Shown in pieces: positions 60,361-64,000 of a stretch of DNA of 64,000 bases. Source of the stretch: Guillardia theta CCMP2712 (lineage: Eukaryota; Protista; Cryptophyta); assembly GCF_000315625.1 (NCBI RefSeq), contig NW_005434632.1:33901-97900 (forward strand). The letters run 5' to 3'. The notes beneath the pieces were generated by a model. That model worked only from the letters and a program-made list of their open reading frames with translations, had not been told where the DNA came from and did not search any database. The position numbers were made by a program, and so were the translations under genes. How positions within the stretch are numbered: the first letter of the stretch is position 1; every line of letters starts with the position of its first letter.

Positions 60361-62519
60361 ATGACGAGAGGAAGGGAGGGAGGAGGGAGGAGGGAGGAGG
60401 GTGAGTTGGAGGAGGGGAAGATCGAGAGCTGAAGATCGAAAGTAAGATGCAGTAGAGGAATGAGACTTCAGGGTTCAGGAAGAGAATGAGAGCATGCAAG
60501 GATGATGTTGTTGTCGTTGAGTTGAGGACGGGAGTTGTTCTCATGCTCCGTAACTGTTCTATTCTTATCTTTCAGCAGGATGGTGATGCAACGTGCCGTC
60601 CGAGAAGCGCGGGCGAGGATCGAACAGAACCGATTCGGGGAGAGTGAAGCTCTGGAACAGAAGGTGAAATCTATGACACGACATTTCCTTAAGACTGCGG
60701 AGAAGGAGCCGAAGCTCAAGTCGAGGCCATCATGGGGTAATGTCATGAAGAAGACTAGCGACCCGGTGTTCATGGCGCCAGGATGGATCAAGGAGAGCGT
60801 TGTGATCGAGTCCATGGCAGCGCGGATCTTCTCGCTGCAGACACGTTTGGAGAACGAGCAGAGGAAATCAGAGCGGCTGATGAATTTACAAACCATGGTG
60901 GGCGACCCAAAAGAGCACTCTTTCAAGCCGAAGAAGCAATCCGTTGCGAGCTATGCAAGCGATAGGAGGAATGCCTTCAACACGTCACAAGCCTTCTTTC
61001 AAGCTTGGAAGACCGTCTGCCTGCAGAGTAAACTGAAGAGCAAGGAGGATCAGATCGGGGAGGCGTCAAGGTAGTTGATAGTACTCTTCTGTCTTGCTTC
61101 TGACGTGCACAAGGCGGGCAAAGAAGTTCGAAGAAGATTGTTACTGGTAAGGAAGAGCAAGGCTAATTGTGCTCGCGGGTTGTGTGGATGAGGGAGTGAG
61201 AAAGAGGAAGGGAAGTAGTCAGTGCAGTGAAATTGGAAGCATGAGGGAGAGAGAGAGGGAGGAGAAGAAGGAGAGAGAGAGAGAGGAGAAGGAAAAGAGG
61301 GAGGGAGAGAGGGAGGAAAAGAGGAGGAGCTGAGCTAGCTGTGGCTGACTTGCCGTTTCAGGTTTGACTTCACCGACAAGTGGGCCAACAAGATTGACTC
61401 GATCCTGAGGACACAGCGAGGAGGCGTGAGGACTGCAGGGGGTGAAGAGACGGCGAAGAGTCATGGAGCTGCGCGGCAGGAGCAGGAGCTGATGATGTTC
61501 GACGAGGGGGGGGAGAGGACGAGAGGACGAGAGCAGTACATGTGGTCGTGGCTGAAAGAAGCTCCTGTCCTCTCGCTGCCTATCAAGCTTCCGGACAGCA
61601 TCGTTGTAAGGACTGCGAACCCAACTCACGAATTCTGCCGGGTAAGGACGATGCTGATCTATCTGCAATCGGAGGTCGTGAAAGGTGCCCTGCTGACTGC
61701 TCCTTCCTTGTTGCCTCAGGGGTTCACGTTTGTGGTTCGGGCAGACAGTCACTCCGTCATTCTTACAGGTTCGTTGACTGGATCTCGCTGTACACTGAAG
61801 GCTCAGTCATAGAGCTCAAGTTGGCCTCCTCCTCCTCCTCCTCCTTCTCCTTCTCTGCATCCCAGCGTTCCAAGATTATGATCAAGGCGTCCAAGGTCTA
61901 CACTCACCCCCATTGTCTTGAGAACCTCAATGGGATACTGAGCAGGTTTCTCCGGCGGACAATTCAACCCCTTCCTCCCTGTCATCTTTCTCTCCCTTGA
62001 GGTGGGCCTTTCGTGGATGGAGTTGCCGACGAGACGCTGACGAGTGCAGCAGCATAGACGCTAGCAGCTGCCTGCCAGCGTTCAACCTCCTTGACGACGA
62101 GCCCAGTTACGGCTCCATCCTTATCAGACAAGGCGTCAAGATCCCTGCTCGCTCGCAGAGGTAGTAGAGGACGAGATTTGTCTGTCTGTCTGTCTGTCTG
62201 TCTGACTGACTGTATGTATGTATGTATGTTGTCAATTGTGAGGCTGATGTTGCCAAGAAGTCAACATTTTTCTGGTGGTGAATGGTGGTGTAGGACGATA
62301 TTCGTTGGATCGAGCTCCGGTTGTTTTGCTGTTCGTGGGAACAAGAAACCATGGGAGGTGGTGGACAGAGACGCGAAGGGATTTGTCGACATTCTCCCGG
62401 GCAAGGCAATAGATGTCGATGAATCGAAGGCGATCAAGGTATACCGAGTTACTTGACATCATATTCGCTCACGTGCGCTTGCATTGTGCCTTTCTTTCTT
62501 CTCCTGCAGCTGGGTATGA
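60361..62519 (+). CDS. Uncharacterised multi-exon protein, distant relative of the 29442-34926 gene
   Basis: Coiled-coil-like N-terminus, then YMWSW...LPDSIVV...P, NGILSRFL and FSGGEW. Both ends are approximate. Confidence 0.5.
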
Positions 62520-62595
62520 GAGAGAAAGTCGTATGTTTCTGCGGGGAGCTTGTCTTCAAGTTCGACGTGTCGTCATGAGTGTTGTACATTGCCTC

Positions 62596-64000
62596 TTAAA
62601 GGTTCAGACTTCTCCTCTCGAACCCCTTCCAGCATTCCTTCTCATCATCGTCCACGGCCTTCCTTCACAGAGGCAACATCTCTCACCTTGTACTGGGTGT
62701 CGCGGAAGGGGCAGGACATGGCTTGAGGGGTTGGCTTGAGGATCTGCGACATCAAGTCATCGTCTCATCGTTGCGCGTCTCCTCAAACTCACCGCAGACG
62801 TCTCGAACATGAACGCAAGGCCATCCTCGAACTTGACCGGCGACATCTCGGCCTCTGCGTCATGCGGGGGTTCAGAGCTCGCTGACACGCCTGCAAGCGC
62901 GACCTTCCGCCCTCTCCGTCGTCTCTCTGTCCGGTCCATGGGCTGACATGCAGCAGTGCAGGGAGGCTCCTCCCGCGCTGAAGCCAACCTTCGCGTCATA
63001 CTTGCCCGAAATCTGATGCAATCAGGGCAATCAAAGGACGGGAACTGAACCACAACATTCGAGTCACCATGCCCATGAACTCTGACATGTAGTTCCTGTG
63101 GAAGTACGGAGGTCGGAACGTATCCTCTGCCACCATCCACCTTGGGGGGAAAATCACAAAGTCCACAGCAGACTCTCCCGCTGTCTCCGATGGGCAAGAC
63201 AAGACCGTGAAGATGGAAGGGTCTGCGGACTTGTCAGTTGATGCCGATGTCTCTGCACTCCGGTTCCGTTGCCTGGATGATCGTAGGAGACAGTGTTCAT
63301 CGTGCAGAAGGTTGTGAGGTTGTACCTGCAAGAGATCTGGTGAGACGAAGGGGACGCAGCGTTCAGGCTTCTCTAGACAAGATCTCACTTGAACGGGAGG
63401 TAGTTGCCGTGCCATGCAACGACGTTGAATGGGCTGTGGTGACTGATCTTCTTAACTTCAAGCAGACGCTCGTGTCATCATTTCAATGATGCGCATTCGA
63501 CAGATCTTACAGAGCTTCCCGCAGAACTTGTTGTATATCTTCACGTCTCCTTGCACTTCCTCGAAGCTGGCCGTTGGGTACTGCAGGAAGCAAATCACTT
63601 GGGGATAGCAACAGTCAATTCTGACTTGCCTCGAAGTCTCTGGCGTTTGCCAGCCCGTTGGATCCGATGGGTCCAAGGTCAGGAAGGCAGAAGTGACCTT
63701 GAAAACTCTCCAGCATGTATCCCCTGGCACTGTCCTGCTGCTCCACTCGGAAGACGATCCCCCGAGGGATGACGCAGATCTCATCTGAAAAGGAGGAAGG
63801 GACAGGGCAGGGAGGGAGGGAGAGAGAAACGAGGGAGGCAGGGAGGCAGGGAGGCAGGGAGGCAGGGAGGCAGGGAGGCAGGGAGGCAGGGAGGCAGGGA
63901 GGCAGGGAGGCAAGGAGGCAGGGAGGAAAGCAGCAAGTCACAAGAGCAGAAGACACGAAAAAGAAGGAACTTGCTTTGCTCGACATCAAGCTGTCCAAAC
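62596..64000 (-). CDS. HGD: Homogentisate 1,2-dioxygenase (3' part; continues beyond the window)
   Basis: [71 protein letters not shown]. Confidence 0.95.

Overview
Intron-rich eukaryotic nuclear DNA with short GT-AG introns, many filled with microsatellites, and bipartite signal+(A)F plastid leaders. This points to an alga with a complex red plastid; the style resembles the cryptophyte Guillardia theta, but that is an inference. Recognisable genes: an EF-hand protein, an M13 (PepO/neprilysin) peptidase, an ABCG-like transporter with a degenerate ATPase, a HxxxD acyltransferase-fold protein, a large cadherin-like/beta-helix surface protein, a small Tat-type lumenal protein, RPN6, an SRPK kinase, an MFS transporter and HGD. 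The standout is a spliced gene of about 1462 aa (21040-25868, minus strand) that fuses bacterial UvrB and UvrC in one reading frame behind a putative plastid leader, suggesting a one-polypeptide organellar excision nuclease. Next to it (14.8-21 kb) is a rearranged block. It holds a PIF/Harbinger MITE, an inverted duplication of a small Cys-containing gene family, a 1.7-kb insertion that fuses a Ulp1 protease in frame to one copy, a (TTTAGGG)3 tract at a junction, and GC-rich patchwork DNA at the breakpoints. Exon boundaries were read by eye and are approximate unless stated.
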